Assembly: GCA_963977015.1 (NCBI GenBank)
Contig: CAXBMO010000003.1
Location: forward strand, 96,001 to 160,000
Direction: 5' to 3'
Source: an uncultured bacterium
GTDB lineage: Bacteria; Verrucomicrobiota; Verrucomicrobiia; Verrucomicrobiales; DEV007
DNA: 64,000 nucleotides
In this document: positions 1-10,744 of the stretch, in pieces
Layout: each line of letters opens with the position of its first letter
Numbering within the stretch: the stretch's first letter is position 1
The notes under the pieces: model-generated
Seen by the model: the letters and a program-made list of their open reading frames with translations, nothing else
Database searches by the model: none
Told to the model about the DNA's origin: nothing
Position numbers and translations under genes: made by a program

Positions 1-1632
<1,632 letters not shown>

Positions 1633-1748
1633 ATCCTTTGGTCGTGTATTTCCTAAATAAAATTTCGCACATTGAGTAAGAATGATTCGCTAAATCGGCG
1701 AATTCTCACAAACGCGGCGTACCGGTCTATCAACGTCCAGTTACGTTC

Positions 1749-2312
1749 CTAATTCAAGGAGAGATCGTCCGGCATGTCCGCTGCCAAACGGTGTATCGGG
1801 CTCAAATCGCGGATCAAATCACCCCAAAGTTGGGTGCCCAGGGCCTCCAAAGTAAGAATTTGCCGGGAAGGATCGGCAAGGGTCCACGTTTCGCATTCCA
1901 TTTCAGCTTCCAATTGGCCTGCCGACCACCCAGAGTAGCCAACAAAGGCCCGAACACTGAAACCTTCCTGAAGATGCTGATTGGCCTCGGCAGTCGATAA
2001 ATGACTCATGAATTGGAGCTTTCCGTCGGTCTCATTCCAGCCAAACGAGGTGAATACGAGGTTTTCCTGGCTCACTGGCCCGCCTTCAAACACGGGAACA
2101 GCATTGAGTTTCTCAAACTCGGGTTGCTCCATCAAGTCCCCGACCACGCTTTGGGTTGAGCGATTCAAGACATAGCCGATGGCACCGTCGGTTTTCGAGT
2201 GGTCCAAGAGCAAAATGACGGTTCTTTCGAAGGTCGCTTCCGTAAGTGACGGCGAAGCAACCAGAAGTTTTCCCTTCCAACTCTCTCCGCTGATAGAATT
2301 CTCCGATTCCAT
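1749..2312 (-). CDS. YqgE/AlgH (DUF179) family protein
   Basis: KLLVASPSL...FERTVILL...GAIGYVLNR...VFEGGPV...FVGYSGWSAGQLEAEM. Start placed at MESENS because the longer ORF overlaps trpD. Confidence 0.9.
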   Translation of the reverse strand: MESENSISGESWKGKLLVASPSLTEATFERTVILLLDHSKTDGAIGYVLNRSTQSVVGDLMEQPEFEKLNAVPVFEGGPVSQENLVFTSFGWNETDGKLQFMSHLSTAEANQHLQEGFSVRAFVGYSGWSAGQLEAEMECETWTLADPSRQILTLEALGTQLWGDLIRDLSPIHRLAADMPDDLSLN

Positions 2313-2385
2313 GATTTGTAGTGATAATGACTGTCTCCTCCTTTGCCGGTTGCGCAATTCCTGATCCGACTCACGTTGAAATCCT

Positions 2386-3435
2386 ATGGCGACCGCTCTC
2401 TCCAGTCTAAATGAAAAACTCGAAAATGGGAACGATTTGGATGTTTCCGAAGTCCAATTCATCGCATCGGAATTATTAAATGAAGGTGTGGATCCCGGCG
2501 TGAAGGCGGATCTTCTGGCCAAGCTGGCGGAAAAAGGGGAAACCGCCACGGAGATCGCGGCCTTTGTGGATGCATTTTTGGAGCGGGCAGTGAAGCCGAA
2601 TCTCGACAAAGCCTCTCTCAATGGCCTGACGATTGACGTTTGTGGGACGGGCGGCGACAAGCTCAATCTCTTCAATGTGTCCACTTCCTGCATTTTCGTT
2701 CTCGCCGCAGCGGGATTGAGCGTGGTGAAGCATGGGAATCGGGGGATTACGTCGAAGAGCGGTGGTGCTGATGTTTTGGAATCGCTGGGCGTCAAAATTG
2801 ATCTTCCTCCAGATCAGTTTGTTGAATGCCTGAAGTCGACGGGGGTTGGGTTTCTTTTTGCCCCTCATTATCATCCCGCTTTCAAAGCTGTGATCCCAGT
2901 CAGAAAAGAGCTCGCGGAGAGGGGAGTCCGAACCGTGTTTAATATTTTGGGGCCGCTGCTGAATCCCGTGAAGCCGGATTTTCAGTTGGTTGGGGTTTTT
3001 TCGGAGGAGCTGCCGCCGGTCTTTGCGGAAATTCTTGCGAAACTGGGACGCAAGAGAGCTTGGGCGGTTCATGGCAAAACGGCGGATGGTCGAGCGATGG
3101 ATGAGTTGTCGACCATGGGGCCTACGATCGTGGCCTCGATCCAGGATCAGGAGGCAGTCGAGGTGACTGAGATCTTGGCGTCGGATTTTGGGATTGAACC
3201 GCCGGCGCTGGAAGAGGTAGCCGGGGGTGACGCTGCAGCGAATGCAGCCATTCTGGAAGGCATCCTGGATGGAACGGTTCAGGGGCCGAAGCGCGATTTG
3301 GTTCTCCTCAATTCTGCGGCAGGGCTGGTGATTGCCGGCAAAGCACCAAATCTCGAAGTCGGGATTCCTCTTGCCGCGGAGATGATTGATTCCAAAGCGG
3401 CATTGGCGAAACTGGATGCCATGCGTAACTTCTGA
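2386..3435 (+). CDS. trpD: Anthranilate phosphoribosyltransferase
   Basis: DVCGTGGD, FNVST, KHGNRGITSKSGGADVLE, RTVFNILGPLLNP, MDELS motifs. Confidence 0.97.
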   Translation: MATALSSLNEKLENGNDLDVSEVQFIASELLNEGVDPGVKADLLAKLAEKGETATEIAAFVDAFLERAVKPNLDKASLNGLTIDVCGTGGDKLNLFNVSTSCIFVLAAAGLSVVKHGNRGITSKSGGADVLESLGVKIDLPPDQFVECLKSTGVGFLFAPHYHPAFKAVIPVRKELAERGVRTVFNILGPLLNPVKPDFQLVGVFSEELPPVFAEILAKLGRKRAWAVHGKTADGRAMDELSTMGPTIVASIQDQEAVEVTEILASDFGIEPPALEEVAGGDAAANAAILEGILDGTVQGPKRDLVLLNSAAGLVIAGKAPNLEVGIPLAAEMIDSKAALAKLDAMRNF

Positions 3436-3453
3436 ATCACTCCGAGTGATTCA
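3433..3453. promoter_or_regulatory. Perfect 10-1-10 palindrome TGAATCACTC-C-GAGTGATTCA (possible operator or hairpin)
   Basis: Read directly; overlaps the trpD stop codon and ends 55 bp upstream of the helicase ATG. No U-tract follows. Confidence 0.4.
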
Positions 3454-3508
3454 ATAAGGATTCGCAAAAACGAAAAGGGCGGGGAATGCTTGTCTCATCA
3501 TTCCTAAC

Positions 3509-6500
3509 ATGACACCCAGAGTCGGAAATGAGATGATCCTGGCTTCAGCCGGATCAGGAAAGACCTACGCCCTCACGAACCGGTTCGTGAAGTTGTTGGC
3601 TCTTGGGGTTGCGCCGGAAAAGATCATCGCCCTAACGTTTACCCGGAAAGCTGCGGCCGAGTTTCTCGACGAGATCTTGAGAAAGCTTGCCAAAGCGTGC
3701 ACGGATCCGAATTTTGCCGCGGCGGTACGTGATCAGATTGAAGTTCCAGGTTTTAGTCCAGAGGTCGCGACGGGCCTTCTGCAACAAGTGGTGGGACAGC
3801 TACACATGCTTTCCCTAGGGACTCTGGACTCTTTCTTTAATCGGGTCCTCAGCTCTTTCCCGGCAGAGTTCGGGTTGTCTGCGAAATTTGACATCATGGA
3901 GCCCAATGAAGTTTCGGCGGCTCAGCGGGAAGTCTTCGCCAGTTTATTTGATGAGGATAGGTTGCATGATGCGTTTACCGAATCGTTTAAACAGGCGACA
4001 TTTGGGATTGAGGAAAAGCAACTTGTGCGAGCGTTGGATGGATTCGTCAGTCGATATCACGAACTCTACCTTCGGGCGCCCAAACGGGAGCTTTGGGGAG
4101 AGGAAAGAACCATCTGGCCGGAAGGGTGTCGCTGGCTCCGAGGGATTGGTGATGTTGATCTGGAATGCGAAGAGCTTCTCTCGAGCTTGAGTGGGGTGGA
4201 GTTCGATAAGAGAGCGTGGAAAATGTGGGACGAATTTATCGAGTTGATCAGGGAGATGAAACCGGGTAGGGCCTTGCCGAAGCCGAAGGCCCTTCAGGCT
4301 CGGCTGTTTGAAGGGTATCATGAAATCCACGAGGCTGGAGGCTTTGAAGTTTCCTTGTATGGCAAGCACTACCAGCTGGGGCATGATGTCTGCGTTCACC
4401 TTTCCCGAGTCCTTGACTACATCATGTATTGTGAGGTGTTTCCCCATGTGATGCAGACGCGGGGAATGCACACCTTGCTGGCTCTGTATGAGGCGCGCTA
4501 TCACGATCAGGTTCGCCGCGCCGGAAAGTTGGGATTCGACGACGTCCAGCTTTTGCTCAGTGGGGCGCTTCTTCCGGAGCATGCCCAATCTGAGCTTAGC
4601 TTGGAGGGCAATGACGCGCTCTTGAATATCGAATATCGTCTGGACGGAAAGTTTGATCACTGGCTCCTTGATGAGTTTCAAGACACCAGCCTGCGTCAAT
4701 GGAGCGTGATTGAGAACCTCGCTGATGAGGTGATTCAAGGCGGGGCGGGGCAGCGGAGTTTTTTCTATGTCGGTGATGTGAAGCAGGCGATCTTTGGTTG
4801 GCGTGGGGGGGATTCGCGATTGTTTCACGACATCTACGACCACTACGGAGGTGACCAGATCGCGAAGCGGCTCATGAATAGCAGTTACCGGTCTGCTCCG
4901 GTTGTGCTCGACGCCGTGAATCGGGTCTTCGGCAACAACGATCTTCTAGATGAGATGTTTCCGGAACATCGGCCGTTCGTTGATCGTTGGAAAGCATCCT
5001 GGGAAGACCATGTTTCTGAACATCTTGGGAGAGAAGGCCTGGTGCAACTCCATACGCTTCCCAAGGCGGGCTGGGAGGATACAGAACCACCGATTCTGAG
5101 GCGGGCGAAAGTCGTGGCCGAAATCTTGAATCAGATGGAGCCTCAGAAGCGAAACCTGAGTTGTGCGGTTTTGGTAAGGCGGAATGAAAGCGCCGCTTTG
5201 ATCGCGGAATACCTGCGCGCCAACACGAAGGTCGCGGTGGTCGTTGATGGCGATACGTTGATCGGCTCCGACCATCCGATCGCTTCCTCCTTTCTCGCTC
5301 TCCTGCAACTTACCGCCCATCCCGGCGATACCTTGGCATGGAAACATCTCTGCATGACTCCTGCGCTACATGGAACTGCGGTTTCGGACGAGGAACAGGC
5401 TCGGAAGAAGTTGGTCGAATCCACGATCGAGGCGATTCACGACACCGGATTCTCCGGCGCCCTCAATCATTGGCTGGATCGGCTCAGCCATGGCGGGTTG
5501 GAACCTGACGAGTTTGCGGTGAGAAGGATTGAGCAACTCCGCCAGGTTACCTGCGATTTTGATCGAACCGGCAATCGCTCGGTTGGTGACTTTGTGAACT
5601 ATGCCAGGAGCGTGGTGGCAAGAGAGAGCACCGCAAAGGGCGTGGTTCAAATCATGACGATTCACAAGTCGAAGGGCTTGGGGTTCGATGCCGTGATCGT
5701 TGCGGAAATTGAATCGAACCGAGACGGCGAACTTACCGATATCGGGAATTTGGGACTCGTCTCCCATCATGAAGGGGAAGGGATCGATCGAAGGATTGAA
5801 TGGGTGTTGAGCATGCCGAGAAAGCAGGCCTGCGAACTTGATCCGACTTTAAGCGAGGCGCGGTTCAAGCTGGAGAACGAAGCTGCATTCCAAGAATTGT
5901 GTGTTCTCTACGTGGCTCTGACGAGAGCCAAATCCGCCAACTACATTGTTTGCACTGAGGGGGGCGGAAAGGCAACGATGCGGGACTTGGTAATCAAAGG
6001 GCTAACCGGGGGCAGCGAAGTCAGAGAACCCTCCTCGAACGAAAAGGCTGAGGCGCGAGTCGATTACGAGGCCGGAAACTGTGAGTGGTACGCGGCTTCC
6101 GAATTCGATTCCACGGAAGATGAGGGCCAGGTTCATCAGGAAGAACGCCAGCAATCGATTCATCGGCGGAGATTCAATCTTCTCAGGCGGGAAATGCCCT
6201 CAAGCGCAGCCGATGAAAGCCAAGACCCCAAAATTGGAGCGAGGTTTGTCTTTCTGCCAGGGACGATTCGAGCGGCTGAATATGGGACTACGGTCCATGA
6301 ACTTTTTGAGGTCTTTCCTTGGATCGAAGAGCAGTCCCCTGATGAGATCCGGGAGATTCTCACTACGCAAATCGATGAAAACGATCCAACTCAGGCGCTC
6401 GCAAGAGACGAGGTGCTGACGAATCTTACCACTCCCGAAGTCGCCTCCATTTTTCGAAAAGGCAACTACTCCGCCAATCCCGTGGCGTGGTTGGAGAAGC

Positions 6501-6787
6501 GATTCGAGCTGATCGACAACGGAAAATGGGTCTCAGGAACGTTTGATCGCGTGGTGTTCCAGCGGGACAAGAACGGGAAGCCGGTCTCTGCGGACGTTTA
6601 TGATTTCAAGACGAACAAGGTTCGCACTGAAGAAGAGGTCGCCGAGGCGTGTAGTCACTATGCTCCTCAGCTCGCCATTTACCGTCTGGCCCTCAGTCGA
6701 CTCCTGGGGATCGCCGAAGGCGAGGTGAGGTCCCACCTGATTTTTACTCGCATGGCGAAGGTGATCGAGGTCGCGGACCCGTTTTGA
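3509..6787 (+). CDS. addA: AddA/UvrD-type SF1 helicase with C-terminal RecB-family nuclease
   Basis: ASAGSGKT, LTFTRKAAAE, LLDEFQDTS, VGDVKQAIFGWRGG, MTIHKSKGLGF, LYVALTRAK; nuclease motifs GTFDRV...YDFKT...QLAIY. Confidence 0.88.
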   Translation: MTPRVGNEMILASAGSGKTYALTNRFVKLLALGVAPEKIIALTFTRKAAAEFLDEILRKLAKACTDPNFAAAVRDQIEVPGFSPEVATGLLQQVVGQLHMLSLGTLDSFFNRVLSSFPAEFGLSAKFDIMEPNEVSAAQREVFASLFDEDRLHDAFTESFKQATFGIEEKQLVRALDGFVSRYHELYLRAPKRELWGEERTIWPEGCRWLRGIGDVDLECEELLSSLSGVEFDKRAWKMWDEFIELIREMKPGRALPKPKALQARLFEGYHEIHEAGGFEVSLYGKHYQLGHDVCVHLSRVLDYIMYCEVFPHVMQTRGMHTLLALYEARYHDQVRRAGKLGFDDVQLLLSGALLPEHAQSELSLEGNDALLNIEYRLDGKFDHWLLDEFQDTSLRQWSVIENLADEVIQGGAGQRSFFYVGDVKQAIFGWRGGDSRLFHDIYDHYGGDQIAKRLMNSSYRSAPVVLDAVNRVFGNNDLLDEMFPEHRPFVDRWKASWEDHVSEHLGREGLVQLHTLPKAGWEDTEPPILRRAKVVAEILNQMEPQKRNLSCAVLVRRNESAALIAEYLRANTKVAVVVDGDTLIGSDHPIASSFLALLQLTAHPGDTLAWKHLCMTPALHGTAVSDEEQARKKLVESTIEAIHDTGFSGALNHWLDRLSHGGLEPDEFAVRRIEQLRQVTCDFDRTGNRSVGDFVNYARSVVARESTAKGVVQIMTIHKSKGLGFDAVIVAEIESNRDGELTDIGNLGLVSHHEGEGIDRRIEWVLSMPRKQACELDPTLSEARFKLENEAAFQELCVLYVALTRAKSANYIVCTEGGGKATMRDLVIKGLTGGSEVREPSSNEKAEARVDYEAGNCEWYAASEFDSTEDEGQVHQEERQQSIHRRRFNLLRREMPSSAADESQDPKIGARFVFLPGTIRAAEYGTTVHELFEVFPWIEEQSPDEIREILTTQIDENDPTQALARDEVLTNLTTPEVASIFRKGNYSANPVAWLEKRFELIDNGKWVSGTFDRVVFQRDKNGKPVSADVYDFKTNKVRTEEEVAEACSHYAPQLAIYRLALSRLLGIAEGEVRSHLIFTRMAKVIEVADPF

Positions 6788-6788
6788 T

Positions 6789-8726
6789 CTAGGCAGCTGT
6801 GCGGGCGTCTTCGATCGCGGCATGCACGGCTATCGAAAGGGCTGCCCCACATTGGGCGAGGTAACCGCCATGAAGGTACTGTTCGTCGCCTTGATCTTCA
6901 CGGGTTGCCAGTAATCGAAAATCAGCCGGCATTGCTCCAATCGTGACGGACGCGCCATCTCCGGCGGTCTCTCTTCCAAGCCACCCGAGTCCAAAACGGA
7001 AACCGGATTCAAGCACTGCTTCATCCAGGCTTCGGCAATTTCGCCCCAGAAGATCCTGGACGATACAAACTCTCTGCAGTTCCCAGACCTCGGTTAACAA
7101 ATCGACTTCGACTTCTGCAAAACACGCTGCCGAAACAAAGCTTTGAAACGGTGTGCCGACGAATTCAGCAGGATTCCAATCTCTGGAAGAAGGAGAGAAA
7201 AGGCCAATCGCGGTGAGAGGCGCCTGTCCTGACTTCTTTGCTGCGAGGATCTTTTCGCAAGCATCGATCGTAGCGCGAATCGATAAGCCAACCTCCGCTG
7301 AGGGAATGGCCGGTGTCGGATTGGTTAGTCCGGCAAGTGAAGCCGGGTGGAGAGAAATACTTCCCGGCGAAACGCCCAGCTGCTCAATCACAGTCTGTCG
7401 CACGCGGGCCAACATTGTGAAATCCGAACGCCCGCCGGGAACGTGTAATTGAACGGATCCATCTTCACAGATATTCAAAAGAACGGAAGCCTTCGCCGGA
7501 ATGGTATGTGGGCCTGCGATGCCCAGCTTCACCGGAACCGCCGCGATACCGCGTTTTCGAGTGGCACTCCTTTCGTTCCACTCCATGGCTTTTTGGCGGC
7601 TGGCGGGCAGTCCGACGGCGTGGGTCAAGGTCTTCCAACTTTCCGATACTCTGGCGGAATTCAGTTTCTGGCGATAGAACGTCTTCGCGTCTTCGGGATA
7701 CAAGTTGCGCTCCCTGACGGTTTCAGGCTCAAGTTCGAGGGCGTTTGCAACTTGGGAAATCACTTCTTCCATGATGAAGATTCCCTCGGAAGAGCCATCC
7801 CCGATGATGGGCGAAGCGGGCGCGAAGTTCGTCTTACAGAGTTGTGCCTCCAACTCCACGTTCTTGATATGATAGGCATTATCGAGATGAAGAAGGGTAT
7901 TGGTAAGCGTCGTCTCTGCCCCGAGATCATAGGCACCGGCATCCAACCAAACCTTGCACCGCAGGCCGTGGAGCTTCCCATCTTCATCGAACGATACATC
8001 AAACTGCGAATAAACTGGACGCCGCTGACCTGAAGATCGCAAATCTTCCGAATGCGTCAGTTCCAACCTGACCGGGCGTTCCATCTTGGTGGCTGCAATG
8101 GCAATCAGAATGGCCCAGTAGTGGCTGGAAAGTTCCTTGCCACGCAGATTGGAATTCAAGGCGGTGTTCTCAACCTGAATACGATTCTCGGTTGAGCCCA
8201 GGTATCTTGCGACAGCGGCGCGAACACCGTCCGGATCTTCTGTTTCAAGTTTGATCTGAAGACCGTCAAGAACGGGAATCGCTTCGACCCGGACGGGATT
8301 CGGGTAATGGAGATACTGGTTGGGAGTGGACACTTTGCCGGATAGTTCCCTCGCGGGCCAATCCGGCCATTTCCCCACCTTTACCTGCCGCTTCTTTCCG
8401 AAGGTGGATCCTATCGCGGCGGCTTGTTCGCAGTCCTGAATGGGATGCAACGGTTGATACTCGATTTCCAACGCATTGGCCGCCAGCTGGCAGACCGCTT
8501 TCGAATCCCCCAGGATCAACGCCACCGGCTGTCCGAGATAGTCGACCTGTTCTCTGGCCAGAAGCGGTATCCCTCCTGCCCAAACACCCTCGCCGGAAAG
8601 GTCGTCGGAAAACCAGATCGCGCGAATGCCTTCGGTCGCCAACGACAAATCTTTGGCTTTCTTGGTGATGTCCGCCTTGGCATGCGGCGACATCACAATC
8701 TTGGCGTAAAGTCCGCTGCGAATCAC
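6789..8726 (-). CDS. Xanthine dehydrogenase molybdopterin-binding subunit (XdhB)-like protein, strongly degenerate
   Basis: SPHAKADI, VDYLGQPVALIL, LDNAY, CKTN, RERNLY, RKRGIAAVPVKLGI, AEVEVDLLT and GLGWL follow the XdhB order. Cofactor-binding glycine motifs and the catalytic GEPP motif are replaced. Confidence 0.75.
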   Translation of the reverse strand: MIRSGLYAKIVMSPHAKADITKKAKDLSLATEGIRAIWFSDDLSGEGVWAGGIPLLAREQVDYLGQPVALILGDSKAVCQLAANALEIEYQPLHPIQDCEQAAAIGSTFGKKRQVKVGKWPDWPARELSGKVSTPNQYLHYPNPVRVEAIPVLDGLQIKLETEDPDGVRAAVARYLGSTENRIQVENTALNSNLRGKELSSHYWAILIAIAATKMERPVRLELTHSEDLRSSGQRRPVYSQFDVSFDEDGKLHGLRCKVWLDAGAYDLGAETTLTNTLLHLDNAYHIKNVELEAQLCKTNFAPASPIIGDGSSEGIFIMEEVISQVANALELEPETVRERNLYPEDAKTFYRQKLNSARVSESWKTLTHAVGLPASRQKAMEWNERSATRKRGIAAVPVKLGIAGPHTIPAKASVLLNICEDGSVQLHVPGGRSDFTMLARVRQTVIEQLGVSPGSISLHPASLAGLTNPTPAIPSAEVGLSIRATIDACEKILAAKKSGQAPLTAIGLFSPSSRDWNPAEFVGTPFQSFVSAACFAEVEVDLLTEVWELQRVCIVQDLLGRNCRSLDEAVLESGFRFGLGWLGRETAGDGASVTIGAMPADFRLLATREDQGDEQYLHGGYLAQCGAALSIAVHAAIEDARTAA

Positions 8727-8811
8727 AGCGGGATCATCCTCAAAAAGTTCAAGCCGATCAAGCTTAAGGATTCACTGATTGAAGCCGTTTGAGCTGCGTG
8801 AATAGTTCCCT

Positions 8812-9990
8812 GTGGATGCGAAACTCCAGATCATCGGTCAAGAATGGAAAGCGAGAAGCCACGAACTCGCGGATTGGGCCCTTGCCTGCTTGGTGAATCG
8901 GTTTGATGTCTGGGGGCAATACACCGGGAAGAGCGGTGCCAACAAAGCGATCACACTTCCGCAAAAAGCCATGCGCGATGGTCGCGACATGGTCACGACG
9001 GAGAAGCTCAAACGGCACTTCGGAAGCATGCGGCGTAATCATCTCATTGGACTTCATTCCCAGAGCGCAGACGAAACGTGTAAATGGCTGGCGATCGACA
9101 TCGATCTTCACGAATGTGAGCCTTCGGTGATGGAGGAGTCCGCTTCGCGAAACTTCGCGGCTGCGCGAGGGTGGTGGGAGGCGTTGGTTGCCAGGGGCTT
9201 TGATCCTCTGCTGTTGGATTCCAATGGAGGTGGCGGCTATCATCTTTGGCTGCTTCTGGAGGAGCCGACTCCGATGCAAAGCGCGTATGTTTTTGCCCAG
9301 GAATTGGTGGCGGACTGGCAGAGCAGAAACTTGGACGCTTGTCCGGAAACCTTCCCCAAATCACCGCGACTCGGGCATGACAAAATGGGGGCCTGGCTGC
9401 GTCTTCCAGGGTTACATCACAGTCATAACCATTACTCCCGCGTTTGGAGTGGGGACGAGTGGCTGGAAGATCCATGGCTGGATGGGAACGAAGCCATCGG
9501 GGTGATTCTTGAAACCAATCCGGGAATCATCCCTATCATCGAGAACGTGGCTCAAGCCTGCAAAGGTTCACCTGGCAGAAAACGGACTGCCCCGGCCACG
9601 AAATCCAGAAAGCGCCCACGAATCTGTGTGGATCTGGACGGCGTGCTCGCCACCTACGATGGCTGGAAAGGGGCGCGTCACTTTGGGAAGCCAATTGAAG
9701 GTTCGGTAGAGTTTACCGAAGAGTTGGCGGAGTGGGCTGATGTCGTGGTTTTCAGCTCAAGATGCCACCGGGCCGACAATCAATACTCCATTGAAGAGCG
9801 GGTTTCGTTTGTCCGCAATTGGCTCGACGAGCATGGCTTCGCCTATCATGAGATCTACTCAGGGCAGGGAAAACCATTTGCCACCGCCTACATTGATGAC
9901 CGGGGGGTAAGCTGTCAGCCGCAACACCGGGGCCCCGTTGCCTTTCAGGACGCCATCGCAGCTGCAAAAGCGCTCCACGAGAGGCCGTAG
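8812..9990 (+). CDS. AEP-superfamily primase/polymerase domain fused to a C-terminal HAD-superfamily phosphatase
   Basis: N-term: RHF...IGLH...CKWLAIDID, DSNGGGGYHLW, ETFPK, GAWLRLPG. C-term: ICVDLDGVL, VFSSR, GKP, YIDDRG. Confidence 0.75.
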   Translation: MDAKLQIIGQEWKARSHELADWALACLVNRFDVWGQYTGKSGANKAITLPQKAMRDGRDMVTTEKLKRHFGSMRRNHLIGLHSQSADETCKWLAIDIDLHECEPSVMEESASRNFAAARGWWEALVARGFDPLLLDSNGGGGYHLWLLLEEPTPMQSAYVFAQELVADWQSRNLDACPETFPKSPRLGHDKMGAWLRLPGLHHSHNHYSRVWSGDEWLEDPWLDGNEAIGVILETNPGIIPIIENVAQACKGSPGRKRTAPATKSRKRPRICVDLDGVLATYDGWKGARHFGKPIEGSVEFTEELAEWADVVVFSSRCHRADNQYSIEERVSFVRNWLDEHGFAYHEIYSGQGKPFATAYIDDRGVSCQPQHRGPVAFQDAIAAAKALHERP

Positions 9991-10010
9991 AGCGAACGTA
10001 TGCGGACCGC

Positions 10011-10607
10011 TTAGTTCTTCATCTCGTAAACCCGGGTCCGCACACACTCCAACATGGGAGGCAAGTCTTTGCGCAGGCTTCGTTGAACGAGTGGGGCGGG
10101 GATCAATTTACCCGGATTAAGGTAAACTTGATAGAAAACGATGACCGAGTCAGGGCGACCATAGGTCTCACCTTCGTAAAGTTCCCATTCGCCCTCAAAA
10201 TTACTCAAATCGCCGGTCGTTTGTTTAAACTGAATGGTTCGCATCGGCAATTCAGTGGCCTCAAATTGATAATTCACCTTTGGCATCAACGGCATCTTAA
10301 CCTCATGAGCGATCAGGCGCGTATTGCCGGTCGCCAGCAGAATGCGGGCTGATTTCAGGGATGGAACGTAGCTGGGGGCCGACTCGGGATCGCTGAGAAC
10401 CCTCCACACATCAGCCTTCTCTCCGTCGATCAGGATCGCCACACCAGCATGTCCCCGAGCTTTCTTTCTCTCAAAAAAGACAGCTTCGCCCTGATCCAGT
10501 CGTTCAAGGATGTCCTTGGTGAATTCGGGCTCAAGTGGCTTCGGGGAATCAGCGAACAAGCTCCCCGAAAAACAGAGAAGAAGAAGGAAGAGAAGACGGT
10601 TGGGCAT
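10011..10607 (-). CDS. Secreted SRPBCC/START (polyketide cyclase-like) family protein
   Basis: Signal peptide; VWRVLSDPESAPSYVPSLKSARIL, IQFKQTTGDLSNFEGEWEL and a C-terminal helix. Confidence 0.75.
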   Translation of the reverse strand: MPNRLLFLLLLCFSGSLFADSPKPLEPEFTKDILERLDQGEAVFFERKKARGHAGVAILIDGEKADVWRVLSDPESAPSYVPSLKSARILLATGNTRLIAHEVKMPLMPKVNYQFEATELPMRTIQFKQTTGDLSNFEGEWELYEGETYGRPDSVIVFYQVYLNPGKLIPAPLVQRSLRKDLPPMLECVRTRVYEMKN

Positions 10608-10744
10608 CTGTGAGGGGAGTGGGTTGAAGAGGGTAAGCCTAAAAAGGGGGGATCTCAGTTCGAGACGCTTTTAGAGCCTGTGCCAAGAATAGGCAAGATT
10701 AAAATTTAGACTAGATGAAACATTTTGGTCATTTAATGGGTTTT

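Noticed and set aside
2313-2795. N-terminal extension of the YqgE/AlgH ORF
   Set aside because: Overlaps trpD on the opposite strand; family similarity starts at MESENS.
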